NCBI GenBank assembly: GCA_963668645.2 | Contig: CAXXWC010000018.1 | Span: forward strand, 160,001-224,000 | Direction of reading: 5' to 3' | Length of the DNA stretch: 64,000 bases | DNA from: Desulfobacterales bacterium | GTDB lineage: Bacteria > Desulfobacterota > Desulfobacteria > Desulfobacterales > UBA2174 | Shown here: positions 40,367 through 50,108 of the stretch, piece after piece | Layout: every line of letters starts with the position of its first letter | Position numbering within the stretch: position 1 is the stretch's first letter | Program-made: the position numbers and the translations under genes | The notes under the pieces: model-generated | The model's input: the letters and a program-made list of their open reading frames with translations, nothing else | Told to the model about the DNA's origin: nothing | The model's database searches: none

Positions 40367-43300
40367 ATGCAGACCGATCCACGCAACAGGTTTTTGAACC
40401 ATGCAGGCGCCGTGGTGCTGACCGTGTTGATGGTCATGGGCGGCCTGGCGGCCGGCCCGTCGGCGGCCTATGCCGCCGAACATGTGGTCCAGGACGGCGA
40501 AAGCATCGTCATGGCCATCCAAAATGCCGCCGGCGGCGACACGATTCTGGTGGAAAGTGGCACCTACAACGACGTCCTGTGGATAGACAAAACCCTGACC
40601 CTGCGCGGGGTGGACACCGGCGGCGGCAGACCGGTGATCGACGGCGGCGGTGTAAGCGACGCCATCACGCTGATGGCCGGGGGGATCGTCATCGAGGGGC
40701 TTATCATCCAAAACAATAACGCCAATTACGGTATTCAGGACTACCGCGGCAGCGCCACCATCCACGACAATGTGATCCGCAACTGCAATATCGCCCTTCG
40801 GTTGAAGAGTTCCGCGATTGTCACGCAAAACACGATCCAGGACATGAGTAGCTACTGGATATACCTCTCCAGTTGCTCCAGTATCCTGATTCAGGGAAAT
40901 ACCATTTCGAACTGCAAGAACGGGGAATTCATCAGCACTTCGCGCGATGTTATCGAACACAACACGTTTTCAAACATGGATTATGCCATCCGTTTCAGTA
41001 CGGCCAGCCAAAATATCATCCGGTACAACACCTTCTCCGATTTCACCGGAAATGGAATCTATTTCAACAATATGCCCAACACTGGGTATTGGAACGAGGT
41101 CTACGGCAACACGTTCAGCAACATCGGCGGGAAGGCCATGGCAATCAACGGCAACGCCAAATACCAGCGGATCTTCTTCAACGACTTCGAGAACGTCGGG
41201 GGCGTGGTCGGCACGACCGGAGGGATCGACAACAGGTATCACTCCCTCGGCGTGTGGCAGTACGACTACAACGGCCAGACCTATCAGAGCTATCTTGGCA
41301 ACCGCTACCCGGGCTACGCGGGATCGGATGCGGACGGCGACGGCATCGGCGACACGCCCTATGCGGTCACCGCCGAGCTCAACGACGAATATCCCCTGGC
41401 GGCGTCCCTGGATGCCTACACCAACGTGGTGCCGGTGCTGCCGGACCTGACTGTGACCGATATCACGCTGCCGGCTGTCATCGGCGTTGACCTGTCGTCA
41501 TCCGTGGCGGTGACCGTGGCCAACACCGGCCTGGCCGATGCGGAAAGCTTCCAGGTGAAGCTGTACGCCGACGGCGAGGTCGTGGAGACCCTGACCGTGG
41601 ACGGCCTGGCCATGGGCGCCGAAATCGTGGTGATCTTTACCTGGACCCCCGAAGAGATCGCCCAGGGCGTGGAACTGGAGGTCAAAGTCGATTCGGGCAA
41701 CAGCCTGGATGAAATTTCCGAAGACGACAACACGGTGCCGGCGGGTGCGCCGGTGGATGTACAGTCTTCCGATTTGTCAGTCACCGCGGTCACCCTGGCG
41801 GACAACGTCAACCGGGATGAAAGCCAGACCGTCACCGTGACGGTGGCCAACACCGGCGCGGCCGATGCGGGGAGTTTTATCGTGGGGCTTTACTGCGACA
41901 TGTCGCCGGCGGTGACCTGGGCCGCGGCCCATGCGGATGAAGCCGCCCTGCATCCCGGCCTTTTCAACACCATCGGCAAAGCCGGGCTGGTGGCGGCCGC
42001 TACGGTGGATTCACTGGCGGCCGGTGCAACGGTGAACCTGGATATCCCCTGGACGCCGGAAAAGGCCGGCGTACGGACCCTCAGCGCCTGGGCCGACATG
42101 ACCTGTACGGTGGATGAACAGGACAATGCCAACAATCTGCTGGATACGGCTGCCCTGCGGGTGGTGCAGCCTTACACCGGGACGGTGGCCACCCTGGATC
42201 CCGGTGACTCGCTCCAGGCGGCAATGGATGCCGCGGCCGCGGGTGACACCATCGTTTTGAATCCCGGGACCTACGAACTGGAAGAAACCGGCGGCACTCG
42301 TACCCTGGCCATTACCGGGCCGGACCTGACCGTCAAGGCTGCCGGCGCGGTCGTTATCGACGGGGTGGACCCGCTGCAGTATCCGGCCCTGGTGTGGGGG
42401 CCTGAAGACGCATCCCGGACCCTTTTCGACGGCATCACGTTTGTCAAGGTGGCCATGGCATCCGGCGAAGCAGGCCGGTCCGGACTGACCTTTAAAAACT
42501 GTACCTTCGGAGGCGGCCAAAAAAACCTGTTCGGCGACGGGGAAGCGCTGGCCGGGGTCGGCAATGTGACGGTTGACAGCTGCCTGTGGCAGTCCGGCAA
42601 CGACCAGCCGTTTTCCGCAACCGCCGAAGGTTTTACCATCCAAAACAGCGTTTTTGACGGCTGCACCCTGACCATCCGCAATCCTTCGGCCTTTGGCGGC
42701 TTTGTTTTCCAAAACAACATGGCCGTGGGGGTGACGGTACCTGAAAGCGACTATAACGCCTTTCTGCGTATCGAAGGGCCAAACAGCCTGGTGGCGGGCA
42801 ATGTATTCGAAGCCATGACGCCGGGAGAGGGTAATCTGGTCGTGAACCTGGTGGCCGACGGCGGCACGGTGCGGGACAACCGCTTCGGCGTCCTGGCCGG
42901 CAGCGGGTGGACCTTCATGGAAGCCGGAACCAGCAACCGCATTTTCCGCAACGACTTTCTGGGCGATACGCCCATGTTTTTCGGCAATCCCTCCCTGCAA
43001 ACCCCGGTGACCACCGCCTGGGTCTACCAGGAGCATACCTGTACCGGATTGATGGGAAACCATTACGCGAATTATTCAGGCGGCGACAGCGACGGCGACG
43101 GTATCCGCGACAGCGCCGCCAACATTGACGGGGTCATGGACGACTATCCGCTGGCAGCTTCGATTTCCGCTTACGGGGTCGTGCCGGCCAATCTCACGGT
43201 GAACGCGCTGACCTTGCCGGGCGGTATTTACGAGGGACTGCCGGCGGAGATCACTGCCGTTTTGGCCAACACCGGCGCCAGCGATGCCGGTCCCTTTACG

Positions 43301-45109
43301 GCTGCGCTCCATGTGAACGATCAAATCGTGGATTCTCTTACGGTGGGCGGCCTCGCGGCCGGTGCGGATATCGGGGTGACCTTTACCTGGACCGCGCCGG
43401 GAGCTGCCGAGGGGGTGGTCCTGACGGTTGTGGTGGACGTGGACGACGCCGTTATGGAAGCAGACGAAACCGACAACACCGGCGCCGCGGAAGCGCCGGT
43501 GGACGTGGTGCTGCCGGTGCGGCTCTATACGGAACCGATGCCGGCCAACGCTCCCGTCGGGGCCTCCTTTGACGTGGCGGTGCGGGTGGATCCGGGCGCA
43601 TTCGGCATTGCCGGCGTGCAGTTCGACCTGTCTTTCGATCCGGCGGTCCTGGAAATTACCGGGGTGGCCCAAGGCGCCTTGCTGAACCAGGACGGCGCGG
43701 GCACCTATTTTGCCGGCGGTACGATCGACAACACGGCCGGGACCCTCAGCGGCGTGGCCGGCGCCATTACCACGCCGGGTGCCGATGTGAACACTTCCGG
43801 CGTGTTCGCCGTGATCAGCTTTACGGCCAAGGCATATGGTGTTTCGAACCTGGCCTTTTCCAACGCCATCGTGGGGGACATTAACGCCGACCCGGTGAGC
43901 CTGATGGTGGAAAACGGGTCCGCGGCAGTGGTGGTCACCTATTCGGCCACCGGCCAGGCGGCTTATGCCGTCGGCCAGACCGGAGATCTGATCGTAGGTG
44001 TCTATAGCGACGATGACCTGACCCAGCCGTTGGCCGTACCGGTGATTGCCAGCCTGGGGGCTGACGCGACCGTGACCGGCCTGGTGGCAGGGACCGGATA
44101 CCGTTTCGGGGCCTTTATCGACAGCAACGGCAATGGCGCAAGGGATGGGGCCGAAGCCTGGGGCGCGACCGTCTTCGATATCGTGGACAGCGACGCAACC
44201 GGCCTGAAGGTGCTCCTGATGGATCCGGATCTTGATGCCGACAACCTCCCCGATTATTGGCAGGCCCTTTACGCCGGGTATAACGGCGGCGCCGGCATCG
44301 GGGATGGAGACGGCGACGCGGACCACGACGGTTACAGCAATTTCTGGGAGCTGATCAACGGCACCGACCCTACGGTGCAGGACGATCCGGACGGGGAGGG
44401 CTACGATTCGGCCACCGATCAGCGGGTGGCGCCGGCCGGCTGGAACGTGTCCCGCAGCCACGGGGATTACCGGCCCGGGCAGTCTTTTGAGGTGACTCTG
44501 ACTGTACAGTACAGCGGCGACGTGACGGCCATGGCAATCATCGAAACCCTGCCCGAGGGCTGGACCTACGTATCGGCGAACAGTGCCGGCAACATGTTTG
44601 CCCAGGAAGGACCCGACAATACGCTGGAGTTCGTTTTGATCAGCTTGCCTGTGGACGTGCAGGGCCAGGCGGTCAATCCTTTCACTTTCAGCTACGTTGT
44701 GCAGGTACCGGAGACGGCCGACGGTGCGGCGGTTTTCGACGGCGACATCCTGGCGCGCATCGATGACGGCATCGAAAAGACCTTTACGATCCCGCAAACC
44801 ACGGCAAACCGCTACGCTTTTCACAGTGCGGATTACCGGCCGGCGGACTGGACGATCAATCTCTCGGAATTGTTGCGGGTGATCCAGCTTTACAACATGG
44901 GGGCCTATCACTGCGATCCTTTGGGTGAAGAGGGCTTCAACCCAGGTGTGGGTGATTACACCGATCCGGCGCCTCACAGTGCGGACTACAACCCGGCCGA
45001 CGGCAGCATCGGCCTTTCCGAGCTGCTGCGGGTGATACAGATCTACAATGTAGGCGGATACCGATTGGATCCTGCCGGCGAGGACGGGTACCAGCCGGGT
45101 TTGGAGTAA
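40367..45109 (+). CDS. Giant secreted scaffold protein 2 (1580 aa), paralog of 34635-39740
   Basis: AGGAGG RBS; MQTDPRNRFLN; same domain order including cohesin AGVQFDLSFDP and HSADY...LSELLRVIQ x2. Confidence 0.88.
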   Translation: MQTDPRNRFLNHAGAVVLTVLMVMGGLAAGPSAAYAAEHVVQDGESIVMAIQNAAGGDTILVESGTYNDVLWIDKTLTLRGVDTGGGRPVIDGGGVSDAITLMAGGIVIEGLIIQNNNANYGIQDYRGSATIHDNVIRNCNIALRLKSSAIVTQNTIQDMSSYWIYLSSCSSILIQGNTISNCKNGEFISTSRDVIEHNTFSNMDYAIRFSTASQNIIRYNTFSDFTGNGIYFNNMPNTGYWNEVYGNTFSNIGGKAMAINGNAKYQRIFFNDFENVGGVVGTTGGIDNRYHSLGVWQYDYNGQTYQSYLGNRYPGYAGSDADGDGIGDTPYAVTAELNDEYPLAASLDAYTNVVPVLPDLTVTDITLPAVIGVDLSSSVAVTVANTGLADAESFQVKLYADGEVVETLTVDGLAMGAEIVVIFTWTPEEIAQGVELEVKVDSGNSLDEISEDDNTVPAGAPVDVQSSDLSVTAVTLADNVNRDESQTVTVTVANTGAADAGSFIVGLYCDMSPAVTWAAAHADEAALHPGLFNTIGKAGLVAAATVDSLAAGATVNLDIPWTPEKAGVRTLSAWADMTCTVDEQDNANNLLDTAALRVVQPYTGTVATLDPGDSLQAAMDAAAAGDTIVLNPGTYELEETGGTRTLAITGPDLTVKAAGAVVIDGVDPLQYPALVWGPEDASRTLFDGITFVKVAMASGEAGRSGLTFKNCTFGGGQKNLFGDGEALAGVGNVTVDSCLWQSGNDQPFSATAEGFTIQNSVFDGCTLTIRNPSAFGGFVFQNNMAVGVTVPESDYNAFLRIEGPNSLVAGNVFEAMTPGEGNLVVNLVADGGTVRDNRFGVLAGSGWTFMEAGTSNRIFRNDFLGDTPMFFGNPSLQTPVTTAWVYQEHTCTGLMGNHYANYSGGDSDGDGIRDSAANIDGVMDDYPLAASISAYGVVPANLTVNALTLPGGIYEGLPAEITAVLANTGASDAGPFTAALHVNDQIVDSLTVGGLAAGADIGVTFTWTAPGAAEGVVLTVVVDVDDAVMEADETDNTGAAEAPVDVVLPVRLYTEPMPANAPVGASFDVAVRVDPGAFGIAGVQFDLSFDPAVLEITGVAQGALLNQDGAGTYFAGGTIDNTAGTLSGVAGAITTPGADVNTSGVFAVISFTAKAYGVSNLAFSNAIVGDINADPVSLMVENGSAAVVVTYSATGQAAYAVGQTGDLIVGVYSDDDLTQPLAVPVIASLGADATVTGLVAGTGYRFGAFIDSNGNGARDGAEAWGATVFDIVDSDATGLKVLLMDPDLDADNLPDYWQALYAGYNGGAGIGDGDGDADHDGYSNFWELINGTDPTVQDDPDGEGYDSATDQRVAPAGWNVSRSHGDYRPGQSFEVTLTVQYSGDVTAMAIIETLPEGWTYVSANSAGNMFAQEGPDNTLEFVLISLPVDVQGQAVNPFTFSYVVQVPETADGAAVFDGDILARIDDGIEKTFTIPQTTANRYAFHSADYRPADWTINLSELLRVIQLYNMGAYHCDPLGEEGFNPGVGDYTDPAPHSADYNPADGSIGLSELLRVIQIYNVGGYRLDPAGEDGYQPGLE

Positions 45110-45123
45110 AAGAGGATATGATT

Positions 45124-45158
45124 GCCGCGGGTGCGGTCTCGGGGACTGCTCCCGCGGC
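45124..45158 (+). other. GC-rich stem-loop without U-tract after scaffold gene 2
   Basis: GCCGCGGG...CTCCCGCGGC. Confidence 0.6.
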
Positions 45159-45221
45159 GGCCCAGAAAAGCGCAGAGGGTTAACGGCCCTGGCGTACGGG
45201 AAAATTGCATAAGGAGGAAAA

Positions 45222-45635
45222 ATGAAGCGAAAATGGACGACTTCAATGATGTCGGTTCTGGCCCTGGCGGCCGTGGTGCTGTGGTCCGCAACGGCCTTTG
45301 CGTTGACCGCCTCCCAGCAGGTTATCGGTGCGGGCGGCGAGATAACGGTCATTACCACCATTGAATACAACGAGGCGCTCACGGCCCTGGGCGTAAGGGT
45401 GAAGCTGCCGGCTGGCTGGACCTTCAAGACCGTGGGCGGCAGCGATGTGCCTGCAGTGGCGCCGGCTGAGGGTGCGAGCGGTGAAATCGATTTTGCCTGG
45501 ATCGCGGCGCCGGCTGGACCGGCGATGTTTGCATATACCCTGGCGGCGCCGCAAGGGGGTACGGCCCGGGATCTGGCTGCCGAGGTGGTCTACCGCGTGG
45601 GCGCCGGTGAGGAGCAGGTGGTTGTCGTCGAGTGA
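45222..45635 (+). CDS. Small secreted single LPxGW module protein, copy 2
   Basis: Mature sequence identical to 39877-40290 except one residue. Confidence 0.85.
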   Translation: MKRKWTTSMMSVLALAAVVLWSATAFALTASQQVIGAGGEITVITTIEYNEALTALGVRVKLPAGWTFKTVGGSDVPAVAPAEGASGEIDFAWIAAPAGPAMFAYTLAAPQGGTARDLAAEVVYRVGAGEEQVVVVE

Positions 45636-45644
45636 TTCGATGGG
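45250..45644 (+). repeat. ~390-bp near-identical direct repeat, copy 2
   Basis: Matches 39905-40299. Confidence 0.9.
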
Positions 45645-45730
45645 CTTGCCAGCATAACGATCCATAGTGGATAGGGAAAACCTGACAGGATGAACAGGAT
45701 CGTAATGATAATAGCATCTGCGGAAGTTTT

Positions 45731-47140
45731 ATGAGGAATAACGAGATGATGAAATGCCTGATTCAGAAAAAAAACGCATATCTCTGGATGGCCGTCATCG
45801 CGCTCTTCTGCTTGGTCCTGCCCATCACAGCCAGCGCCGGGCTGGATGACGGGACGAGCTGGGAGCAGTTCGGCGGGGACGTTACCCACGTGGGATTCAC
45901 CCAGTCCACTGTTCCCCACGTCAAGCAGCTTGCCTGGTTCAGTCAGATTATCTATGCCAGCGGCTCGTCGTCCCTGGCGGTGGCGGACGGAAAAATATTC
46001 GTTTATTCCGCCCCCAGCGGGATGGATGCCAGCGGTCCCACAAGCGTTGTCTGCCTGGACGCCGCAGGCGGCACGAAGCTATGGGAAACGGCAGTGGAAG
46101 AGGCCGAGTGGGGCTCATGGTCGTCACCGGCCTATCACGACGGCAAGGTGTTTATCTCTTCGGGCAAGGAAACCTGGTGCATGAACGCTGAAGACGGGGC
46201 CAAGATCTGGGCGTTTCGCAACCCTTCGGAAGAGGCGTCCTGTAACGGGGGGCCGACCGTGGCCGACGGCAAGGTCTTTTGCAGCGACTGGCAGGGGGGG
46301 CACTATTACTGCCTGAACGAGTCGGACGGCAGCCTGGTGTGGACCTTTGACGTGCCCGGCTACGCTCAGGGAACGCCGGCCTATCGTGACGGCAAGGTCT
46401 ACCTGACAAGCTGGGTCTATGTTGGCGGACATATCTATTCCGTAAACGTCGCCGACAAGAGCGTGAACTGGCATCAGACAAATCTCCTTGATACTTGCGG
46501 CTCGGCAACCCTCTACAATGACACAGTTTTCGTGACCACGTATAATTTTGCCGGGGACGGAGAACTCATCGCCCTGAACGAAGCGGACGGCAGCTATAAA
46601 TGGACGCGTGTCGTTCAGCGCACGGACAATACGCCGGCAGTGGCCTATGGCAAAGTCTATGTCGGGGGCGGGTGTGCCGGCTATTCCGCTTCAATGGTAC
46701 ACTGCTTTGACGCCGAAACCGGAGACATGGCCTGGGAAGTGAGCAACTACGGCAACTGGACCGGCAACGTGGCCGTAGCCGACGGACTGGTAATTGTGGG
46801 CCGGGGCGGCGGCAGTTACTTCGGCTATGCCGGCACCTATGCCCTGGATGCGGAAACCGGTGCGGAAATCTGGGGCCATAATAGGGGGGGATCTTCCCCG
46901 GTGGTGGCCAACGGATTCATCTACACCATCGGCGACGATGGCCGCGTTTATGCCTATGGATCGTCTTTCCCGGCCTGGGATATCAATACCGACGGAGCCA
47001 CCAACGTGCTGGACCTGATCCGCGTGGGCCAGCATTTCGGGGAAACCGGGGCAGCAGGCTGGATTCCGGAAGATGTCAACATGGACGGCAGGATCAACGT
47101 TCTGGATATGATTCTTATCGGACAGCATTGGAGCTTTTAA
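45731..47140 (+). CDS. Secreted PQQ-like (BamB-type) beta-propeller with C-terminal dockerin, no. 1
   Basis: Signal peptide; WEQFGGD; SSPAY/ADGKV/AETG..W repeats; DINTDGATNVLDL...EDVNMDGRINVLDM. Confidence 0.88.
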   Translation: MRNNEMMKCLIQKKNAYLWMAVIALFCLVLPITASAGLDDGTSWEQFGGDVTHVGFTQSTVPHVKQLAWFSQIIYASGSSSLAVADGKIFVYSAPSGMDASGPTSVVCLDAAGGTKLWETAVEEAEWGSWSSPAYHDGKVFISSGKETWCMNAEDGAKIWAFRNPSEEASCNGGPTVADGKVFCSDWQGGHYYCLNESDGSLVWTFDVPGYAQGTPAYRDGKVYLTSWVYVGGHIYSVNVADKSVNWHQTNLLDTCGSATLYNDTVFVTTYNFAGDGELIALNEADGSYKWTRVVQRTDNTPAVAYGKVYVGGGCAGYSASMVHCFDAETGDMAWEVSNYGNWTGNVAVADGLVIVGRGGGSYFGYAGTYALDAETGAEIWGHNRGGSSPVVANGFIYTIGDDGRVYAYGSSFPAWDINTDGATNVLDLIRVGQHFGETGAAGWIPEDVNMDGRINVLDMILIGQHWSF

Positions 47141-47766
47141 CCCATAAATTCGTGCGGTGGATTATTTTTATCGCAGTTTTTCTCAGCCTGGCAGGTGTTT
47201 TTACACCTGTTCAGGCCGAATTGCGGACGGCTTTGACAACGGTGGCGGCCCACCATTCGAGCGCCGGCTACATCGCCGGTGAAACGCTGGCCGTTTCGGT
47301 ATCCATTGAGTATCCGGAGTCCTTAACGGCCCTGGGGTATCAGATGGCCCTGCCGGCCGGATGGTCCTTTGTAGCTGCGGCCGGTTCAAGGGTCCCGCCC
47401 ATCAAGCCTGATGTCGGGCATACAGGCGTCCTCGATTTTGCCTGGATCCTGCCGCCCGCCGGTCCGTCGGTATTTACGATCACCCTGGCCGTGCCGGAAG
47501 GGTGTGCCGGCATACAGACCCTTCAAGGGACCGTTCTGTTCCATGTCGGCAACGACAATCAACAAAAGACCGCGGCCTTGCCGGATCCATTGAGGGTCTA
47601 TCCGTTGGGCGCAGGCGATCTCGACGGCAGCGGCGTCGTAGACCTGGCCGATGCCGTTGCGGGGCTGAGGGGGCTTTGCGGCCTGCCGGCACAATTGGGG
47701 GAACTGGAAGGCGGACGGGTCAGAATGGCAGATGTGCTGCTCGTGCTGCGGCGGATCTCGGAATGA
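47128..47766 (+). CDS. Secreted adaptor: LPxGW module + dockerin-like tail
   Basis: Signal peptide; TALGYQMALPAGWSF...LDFAWI; GDLDGSGVVDLADAV...MADVLLVL. Confidence 0.8.
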   Translation: MELLTHKFVRWIIFIAVFLSLAGVFTPVQAELRTALTTVAAHHSSAGYIAGETLAVSVSIEYPESLTALGYQMALPAGWSFVAAAGSRVPPIKPDVGHTGVLDFAWILPPAGPSVFTITLAVPEGCAGIQTLQGTVLFHVGNDNQQKTAALPDPLRVYPLGAGDLDGSGVVDLADAVAGLRGLCGLPAQLGELEGGRVRMADVLLVLRRISE

Positions 47767-47882
47767 AGGGCGTTTACGCATAGCGCAGAGGGCAAGGGGC
47801 ATGGCCCGTCGCGCAGAGAGAAAAAAACGGACAGGATGAATCGCAGGGTTAACTTTTGTTGCAGGATAAATGGAGGAACTAA

Positions 47883-50066
47883 TTGAAGTCCCTTAAAAAC
47901 AACACAAATGGGGGGGAAAGCCCGGGACACACCGCGGCAACCCTTGTTTTGCTGCTTTTAGCGATTTTTGCTGCACCGGCGGCGGCAGCCGTGGACCTGA
48001 CGGCTCACCATGCAGCCGCTCCTTACATACCGGGAAGTCCGTTGGTCGTAACCGTGACGCTGGACTACGATACGGGCCTGAGTGCCCTGGGCATGCGCGT
48101 GGTGCTGCCCACGGACTGGACTTACCTTTACTGCTGCGGGACCGGCCGGCCCGACAGCGTCCGGGTCGTCGCCCCCGGCGAGCTGGAATTGGTGTGGATC
48201 AACGCACCGGAACCCGGCGCCGGGGAGGATCCTGCACTGTCTTTTACCTATCTGCTGGGCGTTCCGGCATCCGAAGCCGAAACCCGAACGCTCCAGGCTG
48301 AAATTTTTTACCGCGTCGGCAGTGGGGCCGAGAATACAGCGGCCGTTTTGCCGGACCCCTTGGACGTGTCCGCTGATCCCGCACCGGAAAGTTTCGTGGA
48401 GCCGACGCACCAGGCAGCGCGTTTTTTGGCCGGCAGCCTTGCAGCGGTGGAGACGTCCGTACGGTATTCGGGCGAGTTGAGTGCATTGGCCCTGGTTATG
48501 GAACTGCCTGAAGGCTGGTCGTATGCCTCCGCCGACGGAGAGGTGCCGGACATTGAACCAACACCCGGTACAGAAGGAACATTAGAATTTACATGGATTA
48601 CGCCGCCGCCAAGTCCGGCCGTCTTTACCTGCCGGCTGCAGACACCGGTGGATGCCGGCAATGCCGCCGAGATCCGCTCCGAAATTGTATATCGGCGCCT
48701 GGCCGAAGAGCTTCGCAAGGAGGTGCAGCCGGACCCGCTCATGCTCCGTTGGGTGACTCCGGAAGTTTTGCAGGCAGCGCCGTCCGCCATCGTGGACAGT
48801 CCGGAAGCAAAGGAACTGGTGGTTACCGGCCGCTATTTTGTTCCGGGTGAAAACCACATCGTGCGTTTCGTCAATTCGCAAAACGTTTTCGATCTGAAAA
48901 GCCTGCCGTCGGATGAAAGCAGTCTGACGGTCGCTATCCCGCCCGGTGTTCCGCCGGGGACCTACCGGCTGCGGGTCATCAATGCATGCGGCATTTCGGC
49001 TCTCAGCGAAGCCACCGTGGAGGTGACCGCGCCGGCGACGCCGATACCCAACGTAACCGACGTCCGGCCCTCTACCGGCGCCGTTCAAAAATCGACCCGG
49101 ATCACCCTATACGGGGCGCATTTCAACGACGTATCGTCCGTTTGCCTCTGCGAAGACGGCCTTCAGATAGCGCTATTGGACGTTACTTTGGTGGATGAAT
49201 CCACTGTTCAGGCGACAGTGCCGTCGACTTGTCCCGAGGGCATCTATGATGTGCAGGTGACGGCCGGCGGGCTAAAAAACAACATCAGCACGGTAAAGTT
49301 TTTCGTATTTGTACCGAGGGCCATTAACTCCGAGACTTCCGATGAATTGGTGGCCGATGGGTTGGTGGACCTTGACGAAAATTTAAACGGTACCCTGCCG
49401 GTCAACCTGACCCTGAAAACCTGGTCCGACGGATACCGGATGGTGATCGACGACGATCCCCTGGAAATCGAGGCGGTCATCGAGGCCGGTACCCGCATGA
49501 CCCGCAGTGACGGGAGCGCCTATGCGGGCGCCCTGATGATGCCGGTGCAGGTCAAGGTAACCGAGGATCTCGCAGAGGATTTCAGTTGGGATGACGTGGC
49601 GCTATTCCAGATGGGCAGCGCCGAAGAATCCATCATTTTGTCCGAACCCATGGTAATCGCCTTGACCGTCAGCCGCAGCGCCGCGAAGGGCGCCCCCCTG
49701 ATCTACTACCTTGATGCAGACGGCGGGACCACACCGGCCGGCGTGGCCGGTGTAAAGGACGGCCGGGAATATGAAGCCGGCGGAACCGTACTGGAAGTTA
49801 GGGCGGATGAACCCGAGGCCGGCAAGAACACATACCGTATCGGCCTGCTGCTAGACCATATGTCCACCTTCGTCGTGGGAAACAAGGGCGCCGCTTCGGG
49901 GCAGCCCCCGTCTGGCGGCGGCGGAAAGTGCTTTATCGATGTGGCCGACGGGGAAATAGGTAATTTTAACGGCGGCTGTCAAGTGATTTGGGGCGTGATG
50001 GTCCTTCTGGCGATGGGACTGTGCCTGGTGAAACGGATGGAGGATCAAAAGCCGCAGGATAGGTGA
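47883..50066 (+). CDS. Putative membrane-anchored scaffoldin: two LPxGW modules, IPT/TIG-like domains, C-terminal GGGG-CFI + TM + basic tail
   Basis: GGAGG RBS with TTG start; LPTDW and LPEGW modules; PPGTYRLRV / PEGIYDVQV; SGGGGKCFI...VIWGVMVLLAMGLCLVKR. Confidence 0.82.
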   Translation: MKSLKNNTNGGESPGHTAATLVLLLLAIFAAPAAAAVDLTAHHAAAPYIPGSPLVVTVTLDYDTGLSALGMRVVLPTDWTYLYCCGTGRPDSVRVVAPGELELVWINAPEPGAGEDPALSFTYLLGVPASEAETRTLQAEIFYRVGSGAENTAAVLPDPLDVSADPAPESFVEPTHQAARFLAGSLAAVETSVRYSGELSALALVMELPEGWSYASADGEVPDIEPTPGTEGTLEFTWITPPPSPAVFTCRLQTPVDAGNAAEIRSEIVYRRLAEELRKEVQPDPLMLRWVTPEVLQAAPSAIVDSPEAKELVVTGRYFVPGENHIVRFVNSQNVFDLKSLPSDESSLTVAIPPGVPPGTYRLRVINACGISALSEATVEVTAPATPIPNVTDVRPSTGAVQKSTRITLYGAHFNDVSSVCLCEDGLQIALLDVTLVDESTVQATVPSTCPEGIYDVQVTAGGLKNNISTVKFFVFVPRAINSETSDELVADGLVDLDENLNGTLPVNLTLKTWSDGYRMVIDDDPLEIEAVIEAGTRMTRSDGSAYAGALMMPVQVKVTEDLAEDFSWDDVALFQMGSAEESIILSEPMVIALTVSRSAAKGAPLIYYLDADGGTTPAGVAGVKDGREYEAGGTVLEVRADEPEAGKNTYRIGLLLDHMSTFVVGNKGAASGQPPSGGGGKCFIDVADGEIGNFNGGCQVIWGVMVLLAMGLCLVKRMEDQKPQDR

Positions 50067-50108
50067 ATTCCAGCGAAAACCATCGTTTCGTCCGTCGAAA
50101 GGGAAAAT

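Noticed and set aside
36654..45427. Long antisense ORFs (36654-39092, 43076-45427; also 51397-52710, 31508-32593) and the off-frame ORF 24052-25776
   Set aside because: Shadows of GC-rich real genes; no recognisable motifs.
39877..45635. Diversity-generating retroelement template/variable repeat pair
   Set aside because: No reverse transcriptase; differences are mostly synonymous, not adenine-specific, and both copies are complete genes.
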